Virus record (IMG/VR): IMGVR_UViG_3300022205_000001
Location: 64,001 to 128,000 of that record
DNA: 64,000 bases
Origin: a virus
Taxonomy: Duplodnaviria > Heunggongvirae > Uroviricota > Caudoviricetes
Reading direction: 5' to 3' (one strand)
The notes beneath the pieces were generated by a model that was not told where the DNA came from, searched no databases, and saw only the letters and a list, made by a program, of their open reading frames with translations. Both the position numbers and the translations under genes were made by a program. Every line of letters begins with the position of its first letter. Position 1 is the first letter of the stretch. Shown piece after piece: positions 17,124 to 25,540 of the stretch.

Positions 17124-18597
17124 TAAGATATTGTTTGAACAGTAATTTTTCTTCATTGTAGGTGGTGGCTCTAGCGGCAAAGTGTTGGAGAAGGAAGTTT
17201 TCACGCTTTCCAATTCTCAGGTCGTCTACGATATCGAATAGAGTGGCATGTGTTTTCCCTTCAGCTTTTCGGAGCCCTCTCCCGATGGATTGGAGGTTAC
17301 GAATTCTGGATTTTGAGGGTCCAGCGAAAATGACATTATGAAGATTTCTAATGTTGATACCTGTGCTGAATGTTCCATAGGATGCAACAATGATGGCATT
17401 CGTGCTTTGCTCAACAATTTTACGAATTCGTTCACGCTCCTCGGTATCAATCTCACCATGGACAAAGAATACACGATCTGCCCCGGCATGTTCTTTGAGG
17501 TCTTCGTAAATGACTTTCCCATGTTTCTCTACTAACTGGAAGAGAATAAGAGTGTTTCCTGGTATCGACAGTGTAAGATTGCGAATAAACTTAGTCCGTG
17601 GAGGATACGCAATCACCGCTTGATACTCTTCTTGATACGTGGCTTTTCTCTTTTTCCCACTAGGATCGGTGATAGTGAGTGCCGTTTTGCAGAATTCTTG
17701 TGGATACTTGAGTACCAGACATTTGATTTTAAGATCGGAGATGATGCCGGCATCCATAAGTTTTCTGGTTGTCGTTGCCTGGAATACATTTCCAAACATC
17801 CCCTCAAGGGCTAACTTATGTACCTTCCACCCATCTAATGTCCCGGTCGTTCCTATGCGGACACTTGCATTGGTCATTCGATTCATGAGTTGAGTCAGTG
17901 AGGTGGCCTTGAATTGGTGTGCTTCGTCACCAATCATGAAATCAAACTGTGTCATGTATTCAGGAGTCTGCATCCACATGGATTGCCAGGTAGAAATGGT
18001 CAAGTAGTGGTTGGTGAATTTCGCTTTTCCTGCATAGATTCGATGAACAAACTTCTCCACATTCCAACCATAGTCTTTCAAGTCACTGTAGAGTTGTTCA
18101 ACAAGGGATGTGGTGGGAACTATGATAAGACCCTTCTTGTGTGTTTGTTCTAGAAATCGTGAAATGAGATAGATCAGCAGGGATTTCCCCGATGACGTGG
18201 GTGACAGGACAAGCGCCCGGCGATTGCGGATTGCTTTAGCAAATGCTTCAATTTGATGATCATAAGGAGTGTGTGGTAACTGGAGACGTTGCGCGAATGC
18301 TTCAGCTTCAGTGATGGAAAAATTCGTTGTCAGTAGAATGTTATCGTCTATAGATAGCTGATACCCACGATCTGTGGCAAACTTTTGAAGATATGCAATC
18401 AGTCCATATGGCAACGTATAGAATCGACGGTCAAATAGACGGATTTTCCCATCCCATATTCCTGCCTTGAATTTCGGTTGATACTGATAGCCTGGAGTAA
18501 AGAAGGAGAAATAGTCTGAAAGTTCTTGTGCAACATCATCATCACAAGACACGTAGAGCATCGCTTCGTCTTTTTTCGTAGCAAGAATATGTGACAT
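17110..18597 (-). CDS. uvsW: UvsW SF2 DNA helicase
   Basis: WDGKIRLF, SPTSSGKS, DEAH, GTTGTL, QSIGRGLR. Confidence 0.96.
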   Translation of the reverse strand: MSHILATKKDEAMLYVSCDDDVAQELSDYFSFFTPGYQYQPKFKAGIWDGKIRLFDRRFYTLPYGLIAYLQKFATDRGYQLSIDDNILLTTNFSITEAEAFAQRLQLPHTPYDHQIEAFAKAIRNRRALVLSPTSSGKSLLIYLISRFLEQTHKKGLIIVPTTSLVEQLYSDLKDYGWNVEKFVHRIYAGKAKFTNHYLTISTWQSMWMQTPEYMTQFDFMIGDEAHQFKATSLTQLMNRMTNASVRIGTTGTLDGWKVHKLALEGMFGNVFQATTTRKLMDAGIISDLKIKCLVLKYPQEFCKTALTITDPSGKKRKATYQEEYQAVIAYPPRTKFIRNLTLSIPGNTLILFQLVEKHGKVIYEDLKEHAGADRVFFVHGEIDTEERERIRKIVEQSTNAIIVASYGTFSTGINIRNLHNVIFAGPSKSRIRNLQSIGRGLRKAEGKTHATLFDIVDDLRIGKRENFLLQHFAARATTYNEEKLLFKQYLIDLG

Positions 18598-18600
18598 TGT

Positions 18601-19065
18601 TTAATGACTACCCGCAATAAATTTTTCCCATGACAACAGGTCACGGAGTTGATAGGTTCGTGCGCCTAATTCTTTAATGATGGATTGGCAGATCTCAACA
18701 ATCTCTTCGTGAATATCGAGAATCCGCTTGGCGCTGAGAATGTCTGGATCACTCTCCAAGTATGTAGCGAAGTCTCCTTTGAGGGTGTAGGGGAAAGGGG
18801 TCCAGTTATATTTCTTGAGGGCTTCTTGGTCAAGCCTTCCTGAGTAGTATTCATATTTGATTCGCTTGAGTTTAGCGAATACTCGATTTGCCTCTTTGAA
18901 TGCCCGACGATGAACAGAGAGAATTGTCATGTATTTGGAGTGAAGGGACCCCGTTACTGATAATGCTTTATCGAGGGCAACGGGGTCAAGCTTTGAATCC
19001 TTCTTCCACTCTTCTAAGAGGGCGTCAATCTGGGCTTGCGTCGGATTTTTTGTTTCGAGGATCAT
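18601..19065 (-). CDS. uvsY: recombination mediator protein
   Basis: LHSKYM, KYEYYSG, PFPYTLKGD, YLESDPD, RTYQLRD...WEKFIAG; synteny. Confidence 0.9.
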   Translation of the reverse strand: MILETKNPTQAQIDALLEEWKKDSKLDPVALDKALSVTGSLHSKYMTILSVHRRAFKEANRVFAKLKRIKYEYYSGRLDQEALKKYNWTPFPYTLKGDFATYLESDPDILSAKRILDIHEEIVEICQSIIKELGARTYQLRDLLSWEKFIAGSH

Positions 19066-19076
19066 GAGGTCTCACA

Positions 19077-19613
19077 TTATACAATAGGTTCAATGTCAAA
19101 GAAATCGTATCGAAACGTCACATCTGAAGTTAGGGTATCTTCCTGGTCATAGGTAGTGGAGAGCACAATATCACTGAGAGAAACTGGAAAACAGTTCACA
19201 AACTTGACTCTGAATTGGGGATTATTCTTAGTGTTGAGCACGGTCAATTGTAAGTCAGAGAATTGAGGCATTGGCTTCTTCCATGCACCATAACGTTGAT
19301 CGAGGTCTCGGTATTGGTTGAAATCCTTCGGGAACGTCAGTGAAGTCATCCACTTGAAGATGCTGAGCCATCCCTTAAAGTTTTCATCTATAATGAACGT
19401 AACGGAGAATGGGTTCAAGATCGCTTTATCACCAGGTGAATAGAGATCGATGAATGGGGTATTTCTTGGTGCTTCCCCAATTGAGATACCTGGGATATTG
19501 ACGGTCTGGCACCAATATTGAATGTCCGGCAAACATGACGCTTGTAGGACAAATTTATTCGATGGAAGAATATTTGGATTTGATGGGGTATCTGATATTG
19601 ATGGAATGCTCAT
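19077..19613 (-). CDS. gp3: tail completion/tube terminator protein
   Basis: gp19-like fold motifs (YWCQTVNIPGISIG, FIIDENFKGW, FVNCFPVSLSD, VTFRYDFF); sits next to uvsY as in cyanomyoviruses. Confidence 0.85.
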   Translation of the reverse strand: MSIPSISDTPSNPNILPSNKFVLQASCLPDIQYWCQTVNIPGISIGEAPRNTPFIDLYSPGDKAILNPFSVTFIIDENFKGWLSIFKWMTSLTFPKDFNQYRDLDQRYGAWKKPMPQFSDLQLTVLNTKNNPQFRVKFVNCFPVSLSDIVLSTTYDQEDTLTSDVTFRYDFFDIEPIV

Positions 19614-20143
19614 TGTTGTTCTTCCTTTAGCCAATTAAATACAACTTGGTGGGCAGTATTGTCGCCCGCAACATGGAGGCAAGTGTTTATGGTCCCTATG
19701 GCGGATAACATATGTTCAATACGTTTATCAATCCCTTTCGCTTCTTCTTCTGTTTGATTTCTGCCGTATTCACGATATGGTTTTACACGAGTAATGATCA
19801 CTGAGCGATTGTCGTATCGTGTGAACAACTGAACCACAAGATCATGAAAGGATGCCGGCATTTTCGAGTCATATTGCATGGCATAGATCGAAGAGAGAAG
19901 GAGTGGGCTGTCAGTGATAACATAGTCTACTTTTTCTTTGAGCACGTGGAGCCGATGATGTTGCTTGGCAAGGATATAGAGTTGATCGTCTAATTCTCTA
20001 TGTCTCCCTGCCCAAACCATATCCTTTGCATATTCAGTTACCAGTTCTACTTTCATGCCAGCATTCTTCATGAGAAAGAAGAGTCCCGCTGCGGTAGTAG
20101 ATTTTCCTGCACCTGGCCCTCCAAACAAGTTAATCACGATCAT
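19610..20143 (-). CDS. P-loop kinase/ATPase (NadR-type AAA_28-like)
   Basis: INLFGGPGAGKSTT, ELVTEYAK, VITDSPLLLS, GRNQTEEEA. Confidence 0.75.
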   Translation of the reverse strand: MIVINLFGGPGAGKSTTAAGLFFLMKNAGMKVELVTEYAKDMVWAGRHRELDDQLYILAKQHHRLHVLKEKVDYVITDSPLLLSSIYAMQYDSKMPASFHDLVVQLFTRYDNRSVIITRVKPYREYGRNQTEEEAKGIDKRIEHMLSAIGTINTCLHVAGDNTAHQVVFNWLKEEQQ

Positions 20144-20144
20144 A

Positions 20145-20525
20145 TTAGGCGTCCCCCTCTGTCATTTCTTCATACCATAACCCATCATCATCCGAATCGA
20201 GTTCACGTAATGTGGTCATCAGTTTAGTTTTCTTGATGGTTCCATTAGGTGTCAAGATCATAAAGTGATACTCGATAACGATTTTGTTGTCCTGATAATA
20301 ACCCACTTCTATTGTGAAGTATCGTGTTCCGTCTTTATCACCTTCTGCCCGAGTGATTTTATGGACAGTAGGAATATCTTTGTGGATTGTGTTGATCCAT
20401 GTTTTGATCAATTCGGTATAATTGATCTGTCCTATGGTGGGGATTTCTTCGGCATGTGCAAGAAATCCAGGCACACATATGGTCATGAGTAACGCAAGTG
20501 TCAGAGAAATAATGGGTTTGGTCAT
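20145..20525 (-). CDS. hypothetical exported protein with signal peptide
   Basis: MTKPIISLTLALLMTICVPGFLAHA-EE: basic n-region, hydrophobic h-region, AxA cleavage site; start placed downstream of the promoter. Confidence 0.6.
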   Translation of the reverse strand: MTKPIISLTLALLMTICVPGFLAHAEEIPTIGQINYTELIKTWINTIHKDIPTVHKITRAEGDKDGTRYFTIEVGYYQDNKIVIEYHFMILTPNGTIKKTKLMTTLRELDSDDDGLWYEEMTEGDA

Positions 20526-20544
20526 ATTTGCAACTCCAATACAC

Positions 20545-20573
20545 ATTATACTATATGTAGGGGTGTTTGTCAA
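20545..20573 (-). promoter_or_regulatory. consensus sigma70 promoter
   Basis: TTGACA (20573-20568), 17 bp, TATAAT (20550-20545). Confidence 0.88.
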
Positions 20574-20583
20574 GTGCTGGAAT

Positions 20584-20619
20584 AGAAAAAGAAATGGGGA
20601 CCCCTTGCGAGGTCCCCAT
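20584..20619 (-). terminator. intrinsic terminator after the major capsid gene
   Basis: ATGGGGACCTC-GCAA-GGGGTCCCCAT hairpin (GNRA loop) followed by TTCTTTTTCT. Confidence 0.88.
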
Positions 20620-20646
20620 CTTTGTGAGGCAGGTATCAACAATCTC

Positions 20647-21987
20647 TTATGAGATGTTGTTGATCTTGAATGCGCGGTAGTAGACGTTTGACTTTGCAGT
20701 CAAGTTACCTTCGCCCTGTGTCAAACCTTCTGCGAATGGGTTGGCAACGAGCCCGTAACGGGTCTTGAAACCAATCTTCGGCTGGAAGGTGTTGGTGTCG
20801 ATGGCGCGGACCATCTGGAGAGGAACGTATGGGCAGTAGAAGAGTCCTGCGTCAAAAGCGTTCTGTCCCTTGTAACCAACCACTGCAAATTCAGATGACT
20901 GAACTGCCGGGAAGTAAGGATCAATATAGACCTTGTAGCGACCGAGCAAGGTACCTGCGTAGGTGTTGCCTGTGTCATCTACATTCAAGGAAACATTGTC
21001 CTTCAATGCGCCAGCGTAGTCGAGGAGTCCTGCGAGCGCAAAGGCGCTGGCGACATCTGACGAGCAGATGACGATGTTGCCCTTGCCACGACGAGTCTGC
21101 TTTGCGATAGCGTTTGCTTCGCGCTCGATCTGGTAGCCGAGACCCTTGATCTTTTCCACCATCCAACGACCGTTTGAGTCAGTGTCGAGGTCGAAGGTAC
21201 CTGTTTTGGTGGTACCAACCTGACATCCGATCTTTGCAACAGTGTAGATGGTACGGATCACTTCACGGTTAATTTCAGACAACACTTCTGCGGAGAGAAT
21301 GTTGCTCAATTCCGTTTCAGCATCCAAGCCATGAACTGCCTTCAAATCCTGAGCCAATTCCAAGGTGTATTCTGCCTTCAAAGCACGAGTCTTTGCAGTA
21401 ACAGTTACCTTTTCAATGGAGAAGCCCATTTCGCTGAATGCCTGTCCACCGTTAGAACCCATACCTTCTGCTGTTGCTGTGGAAACACCTGCACCAGTAG
21501 TCATTGTGCTTGCAAAGACGTTCCCGTTACCAAGAGCCGTATCGGATGCCAATGAAATAGCGGTCTGTGCGCCCGTACCGGTCCAACCTGTGTTGGCTTC
21601 ATCGAAGAACGCTTCACCCAAACGGTTGGTTGCGTTGGCATAGTTGGAACGCATTGCGAAGATCAATCCCGTAGGACCGGTCATTGGCTGAACTCCGCAC
21701 ACATCATACGCAATCAAGTTTGGAAGTGAACGACGAACCAAGCTGATAAGGATAGGATCGTAACCAGCCATAGGACCCGTTGCTGTTGCGGAACCAGTCA
21801 AACCACCACCAGTGGAGTTCACTGGAGCAGCTTCGTGCAACATCTTTGCTTCTTCATGCAATGCTTTTGCCTGGTTTTCCAAGACAATAGCAGTGACCGC
21901 GCGGCGGTGCTTATCTGTGATCTTAGGTAGGTTCTCAACATCGAGAACCGCAGCCCATTTCTTTTCGAGTTGTTCTGATAAAAACAT
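20647..21987 (-). CDS. gp23: major capsid protein
   Basis: DPILISLVRRSLPNLIAYDVCGVQPMTGPTGLIFAMRS, KTRALKAEYTLELAQDLKAVHG, FQPKIGFKTRYG. Confidence 0.99.
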   Translation of the reverse strand: MFLSEQLEKKWAAVLDVENLPKITDKHRRAVTAIVLENQAKALHEEAKMLHEAAPVNSTGGGLTGSATATGPMAGYDPILISLVRRSLPNLIAYDVCGVQPMTGPTGLIFAMRSNYANATNRLGEAFFDEANTGWTGTGAQTAISLASDTALGNGNVFASTMTTGAGVSTATAEGMGSNGGQAFSEMGFSIEKVTVTAKTRALKAEYTLELAQDLKAVHGLDAETELSNILSAEVLSEINREVIRTIYTVAKIGCQVGTTKTGTFDLDTDSNGRWMVEKIKGLGYQIEREANAIAKQTRRGKGNIVICSSDVASAFALAGLLDYAGALKDNVSLNVDDTGNTYAGTLLGRYKVYIDPYFPAVQSSEFAVVGYKGQNAFDAGLFYCPYVPLQMVRAIDTNTFQPKIGFKTRYGLVANPFAEGLTQGEGNLTAKSNVYYRAFKINNIS

Positions 21988-22019
21988 GGTTGAACTCCTT
22001 AGTTTGGTTTAGTTAACTA

Positions 22020-23105
22020 TTAGCGGAAATAACGCTTGATCGAATCTGCAACGGCAGCAACTTCCGGTTCAATGACTGGAGTTACTGTCTTCTTGTCTTC
22101 ATCAAGAGGTTCCTGAGCTTCGGTCAAGACTTTCGACTCAACCTTCTTCGGGGAACTCACTGGGAAGTAGTTTTCGCGGATTGTCTGTACCTTCTGAGTA
22201 TATTCACTCTCTGCGGTGAATTCTACACTCTCTGCGAGTGTCTTAACTTTCTCAGCTTGCGTCTGTGTCAATCCTTCACAGACGGACTTTAAAATATCGT
22301 CCTTCTTAGCTTCCATCAACTGCTTCTGCAAGTCAACATTCTTGCCGACCTGTTCGTTCAACTGACCAGTCAAGTCTTCGATCTTCGTGGCAAGTTCATC
22401 GACCAAATCCACCTTCTCAGAAGGGATGTCGATATAGTGTTCAGCGAACAAGTTGCGGAGGCCTTCGATAAATTCTTCGGTCAATTCGGAACGAATGCCC
22501 TTTTCAATGGCGAGTTCGTTTTCCTGCATCCACTGTTCAACCACATAGTTGAGGTAATCATTTACCGCAGTGGTCAATTCCGACTGAATACCCGTGACAG
22601 CTTCTTCTAGTGCCTGGTTATATTGTGCTTCAAGCCCCTCAACGATTGAGGCAACCTTATCGGAGACGCGAGCTTCATAAATCGTACCGACTTTTGATGC
22701 GAATTCCTTTGAGACGTTCGATTCGGAAGCGAGAATCTTTTCAACATCTTCCTTCAATGACTTCTTCCAGCTTTCGGACAAGTCACCAGCGGCAAGACCT
22801 GCTTCAATACGAGACTTGATTGTAGATGCTTCGCCTTCAACTTCGGCGCCCTGAGCGAGAGGATCAATTTCCGTTGCTCCCCCCTCAACCTTATGAAGAG
22901 GTTCCTTCTTATCGGAGCCAGGCTGCTTACCAGGAGGGGTAGCTTCCTTAGCATGTGGATCTAATGGGCCGGAAACGTTTGACTGAGGTGTAGTTCCTCC
23001 CAAATCCTGCACTTCGCCTGGTGCTTTGTGCATCTCTTCCTTGGGTGCGCTACCCTGGCTCTGCTTCAAAATTTCTGCGGCTGCTTCCAAGAGTGTCTTT
23101 TTCAT
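22020..23105 (-). CDS. gp22: prohead core scaffold protein
   Basis: Acidic coiled coil with YLNYVVEQWMQENELAIEKGIRSE; immediately upstream of gp23. Confidence 0.93.
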   Translation of the reverse strand: MKKTLLEAAAEILKQSQGSAPKEEMHKAPGEVQDLGGTTPQSNVSGPLDPHAKEATPPGKQPGSDKKEPLHKVEGGATEIDPLAQGAEVEGEASTIKSRIEAGLAAGDLSESWKKSLKEDVEKILASESNVSKEFASKVGTIYEARVSDKVASIVEGLEAQYNQALEEAVTGIQSELTTAVNDYLNYVVEQWMQENELAIEKGIRSELTEEFIEGLRNLFAEHYIDIPSEKVDLVDELATKIEDLTGQLNEQVGKNVDLQKQLMEAKKDDILKSVCEGLTQTQAEKVKTLAESVEFTAESEYTQKVQTIRENYFPVSSPKKVESKVLTEAQEPLDEDKKTVTPVIEPEVAAVADSIKRYFR

Positions 23106-23134
23106 GTAGAATCTCCTTAACTGAACGTGAAAGT

Positions 23135-23142
23135 TATTTATA
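23135..23142 (-). promoter_or_regulatory. T4-type late promoter (gp22-gp23)
   Basis: Exact TATAAATA. Confidence 0.8.
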
Positions 23143-23168
23143 AAAATTGAGATTTTGACCTGCCGACA

Positions 23169-23819
23169 TTACAGTTTTCTCATGAACTGTTCAAACAACT
23201 GCACCGCAACTGCTTCAATTTCCCTGCTGCTTGCTTTTGTGATCGCTTTCTTTGCTGCTGCAACATCCTGTTCAACATACCTACCGTCAATGAACATCCA
23301 TTCACGTCCTTCCATGATACCCTGGACAAATGCATCAGGCGCAGAAGGATCGGCAACAATGTCTGCCGCAGTAGCAAGCTGGAAATCATCTTCCACGAGG
23401 CTGACTCCATTAGGACCAGAGGAAACAGAACCCAACCCACGAGTGGATACGCCAATCTGAGCGCCTTCGTCTAGAAGGTTCTGAACGATTTTTCCATAGG
23501 GGGTGTCGAGAATCTTCGCTTTTCCGTAGAAGTTTGTTCCTTCAGGACGAAGGATCTTGATCATGTGGGAGACACGTTCCAAGTTGATCGTGGGAGAATT
23601 TGGGTGACCCAATTCGCCGAATGCACGATTTTCCTTAATGTACTCCTTATTGTAGCGTTCTGATTCACGCAACAAGGTATCAAACTTATACTGGCGACGA
23701 TTCTTGTTCGGAATGTCAGCCTGCATAAAGATACCCTCGATGAAGTATCTCTTCTTTCCTGTTGAGTCAGATTCCGTAAGGAATTTGACTTCTGTAACCA
23801 TTTCTTTTATAAGTTTCAT
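23169..23819 (-). CDS. gp21: prohead protease
   Basis: IEGIFMQA...NKNRRQY, GELGHP, GVSTRGLGS, AADIVADPSAPDAFV. Confidence 0.97.
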   Translation of the reverse strand: MKLIKEMVTEVKFLTESDSTGKKRYFIEGIFMQADIPNKNRRQYKFDTLLRESERYNKEYIKENRAFGELGHPNSPTINLERVSHMIKILRPEGTNFYGKAKILDTPYGKIVQNLLDEGAQIGVSTRGLGSVSSGPNGVSLVEDDFQLATAADIVADPSAPDAFVQGIMEGREWMFIDGRYVEQDVAAAKKAITKASSREIEAVAVQLFEQFMRKL

Positions 23820-23826
23820 GGTATCC

Positions 23827-24183
23827 TTATAGTGTTTCAGTGTCTAGGGTATATGTGGCGATCTTCTTACAACTAATTAGTGCCGTTCCACCATTTGTAA
23901 TAGTGACCAGCACATTGGCAGCAGCACTATTCGCAATGGCCAATTCATCATGGCTCCAAAAACCGCTTTGTGAAACGTTCAGCACTACCACACCATCTCG
24001 GCTGATTGTGAGTGAACCAATTGTCGGCTGAACACTCCACTTCACGGATGTGATAACAATACCGGTGACCGTTTCTCTGGAGGTGTTCGCAGAGAATGCT
24101 GTCAATGCGAGATTTGGTGTCGCGCCGTCAACAACGCGAAGTTCCGAAGGCTGTCTGAGTCTGTTGATTAGTTCGTATGCCAT
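23827..24183 (-). CDS. hypothetical protein in head cluster
   Basis: 118-aa ORF with RBS, tightly packed between the core genes and gp21. Confidence 0.7.
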   Translation of the reverse strand: MAYELINRLRQPSELRVVDGATPNLALTAFSANTSRETVTGIVITSVKWSVQPTIGSLTISRDGVVVLNVSQSGFWSHDELAIANSAAANVLVTITNGGTALISCKKIATYTLDTETL

Positions 24184-24192
24184 ATGTTCCCC

Positions 24193-24597
24193 TTACTTGA
24201 TCCCCATAGCCTTGCGCTTCCTCATGGAGAGTTTGCGCTTTCTGAGTGTTTGCTGCAAATGTGCTCGTCTTTTTCGTGCTGCCCTACGCTGCACGATTCG
24301 TGCGCGGATACGTTTCGCAACTGGAATTCTCTTGAGTTTCCCTCTGCGAAGAGTGAATCCCTTTACGGCGGACTTGCGAATGTTTCGTTGCACTTTCCCC
24401 TTGCGGATACGACGACGAATCAACATCGTGCGTCCCTGTCGCATGACATTCGCTTCAGCAAGTGGACCGTAAAGCTTTTGTGCAAGTTCTACCCGAAATG
24501 CCGTTATTCTATCTTCTACCAGCTTATTTAGAGCCTTGCGTACCAGGCTTTCAGCGAGCACAAAATCTTTATGAGCAATGCTGGAAACCAGTTCCAT
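24193..24597 (-). CDS. basic prohead core protein (gp68-like)
   Basis: Arg/Lys-rich C-terminal half after a LAE motif; ATG overlaps the upstream stop. Confidence 0.65.
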   Translation of the reverse strand: MELVSSIAHKDFVLAESLVRKALNKLVEDRITAFRVELAQKLYGPLAEANVMRQGRTMLIRRRIRKGKVQRNIRKSAVKGFTLRRGKLKRIPVAKRIRARIVQRRAARKRRAHLQQTLRKRKLSMRKRKAMGIK

Positions 24598-25079
24598 TAC
24601 TTTACCTGCTTCCAAGCAAAGTCCACCATCTTGTGAAACTTCTCTTTGGAATGTTCTAGATGATCGGAAAATTTCTTCTTGTTCTCATCATTCAATGCGC
24701 CGTGAACCGTGAGCAATGCTTTTGCAGTCGTTGGATCTACCTTTGTCTGCTGTCCGTTCTTGTGACGCAATGGTTTAGTTGTTTGGAATTCCTTGACTGA
24801 ATGAAGATGACTGATCGCATCTTCATGAAGCTGTTCAGGTTCTTCTTTTAGAGATGTGGGCGTGATGGTATCAGTGTGCCCGGCACCATAAGGGATACTG
24901 AAATATTGATCCAACTTATCGTTGTAATACAACGCCACATAGGTATGATTCGGAAACTGACGAATAGATTGTCGGCGCAATACAAGGATGTTCGGAGGCA
25001 TACCCACCGAAACGTTCTCGTTGATGGGTGATTCCGTAGCTTCACTTAATGTTGCGCGGAGATCCTTAAACTCTTTCAT
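24597..25079 (-). CDS. hypothetical head-cluster protein
   Basis: 160-aa ORF containing LSE/INE/LHE motifs resembling gp21 cleavage sites. Confidence 0.65.
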   Translation of the reverse strand: MKEFKDLRATLSEATESPINENVSVGMPPNILVLRRQSIRQFPNHTYVALYYNDKLDQYFSIPYGAGHTDTITPTSLKEEPEQLHEDAISHLHSVKEFQTTKPLRHKNGQQTKVDPTTAKALLTVHGALNDENKKKFSDHLEHSKEKFHKMVDFAWKQVK

Positions 25080-25084
25080 TTCTA

Positions 25085-25507
25085 TTACTTCTTCTTATCT
25101 TCTTCTTCGTCCTTCTCGTCCTCATCATCTTCTTCGTCCTTCTCGTCCTCGTCTTCTTCATCCTTCTTATCTTCTTTGTCCTTATCTTCCGTTTCTTCAG
25201 ACAATTCAACCGAAGGGGAGAAGATGTTCTGGGCGATGAACTGCTTGTATTCATCTAGTGCGACTACAACACGCTGATTGAGAAGATCGTTGACAAGGTT
25301 CGTGGCATCAGCAAAATTCTGGTCCGCCACCATTGCAACAACACTATTGATATAGGGTTCTTGTTCTTCATGGACGCTAGCCAACTGACGCTTAGGAGCT
25401 ATTGACATTGAGCGTTTGGTAACTTTCTTTGCCGCTGCGGCAGCACCTAATGCTTTCTTTGCGGCTTCTGAACGGGCTTTTACGGCTTCTGGTGAAAAGA
25501 ATGACAT
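25085..25507 (-). CDS. acidic prohead core protein (gp67-like)
   Basis: Follows the portal gene; D/E/K low-complexity C-terminus with a near-tandem 27-nt repeat; GATAAATA at 25538-25545. Confidence 0.65.
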   Translation of the reverse strand: MSFFSPEAVKARSEAAKKALGAAAAAKKVTKRSMSIAPKRQLASVHEEQEPYINSVVAMVADQNFADATNLVNDLLNQRVVVALDEYKQFIAQNIFSPSVELSEETEDKDKEDKKDEEDEDEKDEEDDEDEKDEEEDKKK

Positions 25508-25540
25508 GGTGTTTCCTCCGGTTATGTCTGATGAATCTAT

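Noticed and set aside
1625-20642. Upstream starts given by the track for gp1 (1744), dCMP deaminase (2980), the AAA+ gene (4684), the HNH (9601), gp3 (19634) and the exported protein (20642)
   Set aside because: They overlap upstream genes, promoters or terminators; the downstream ATGs have an RBS or stop-start coupling.
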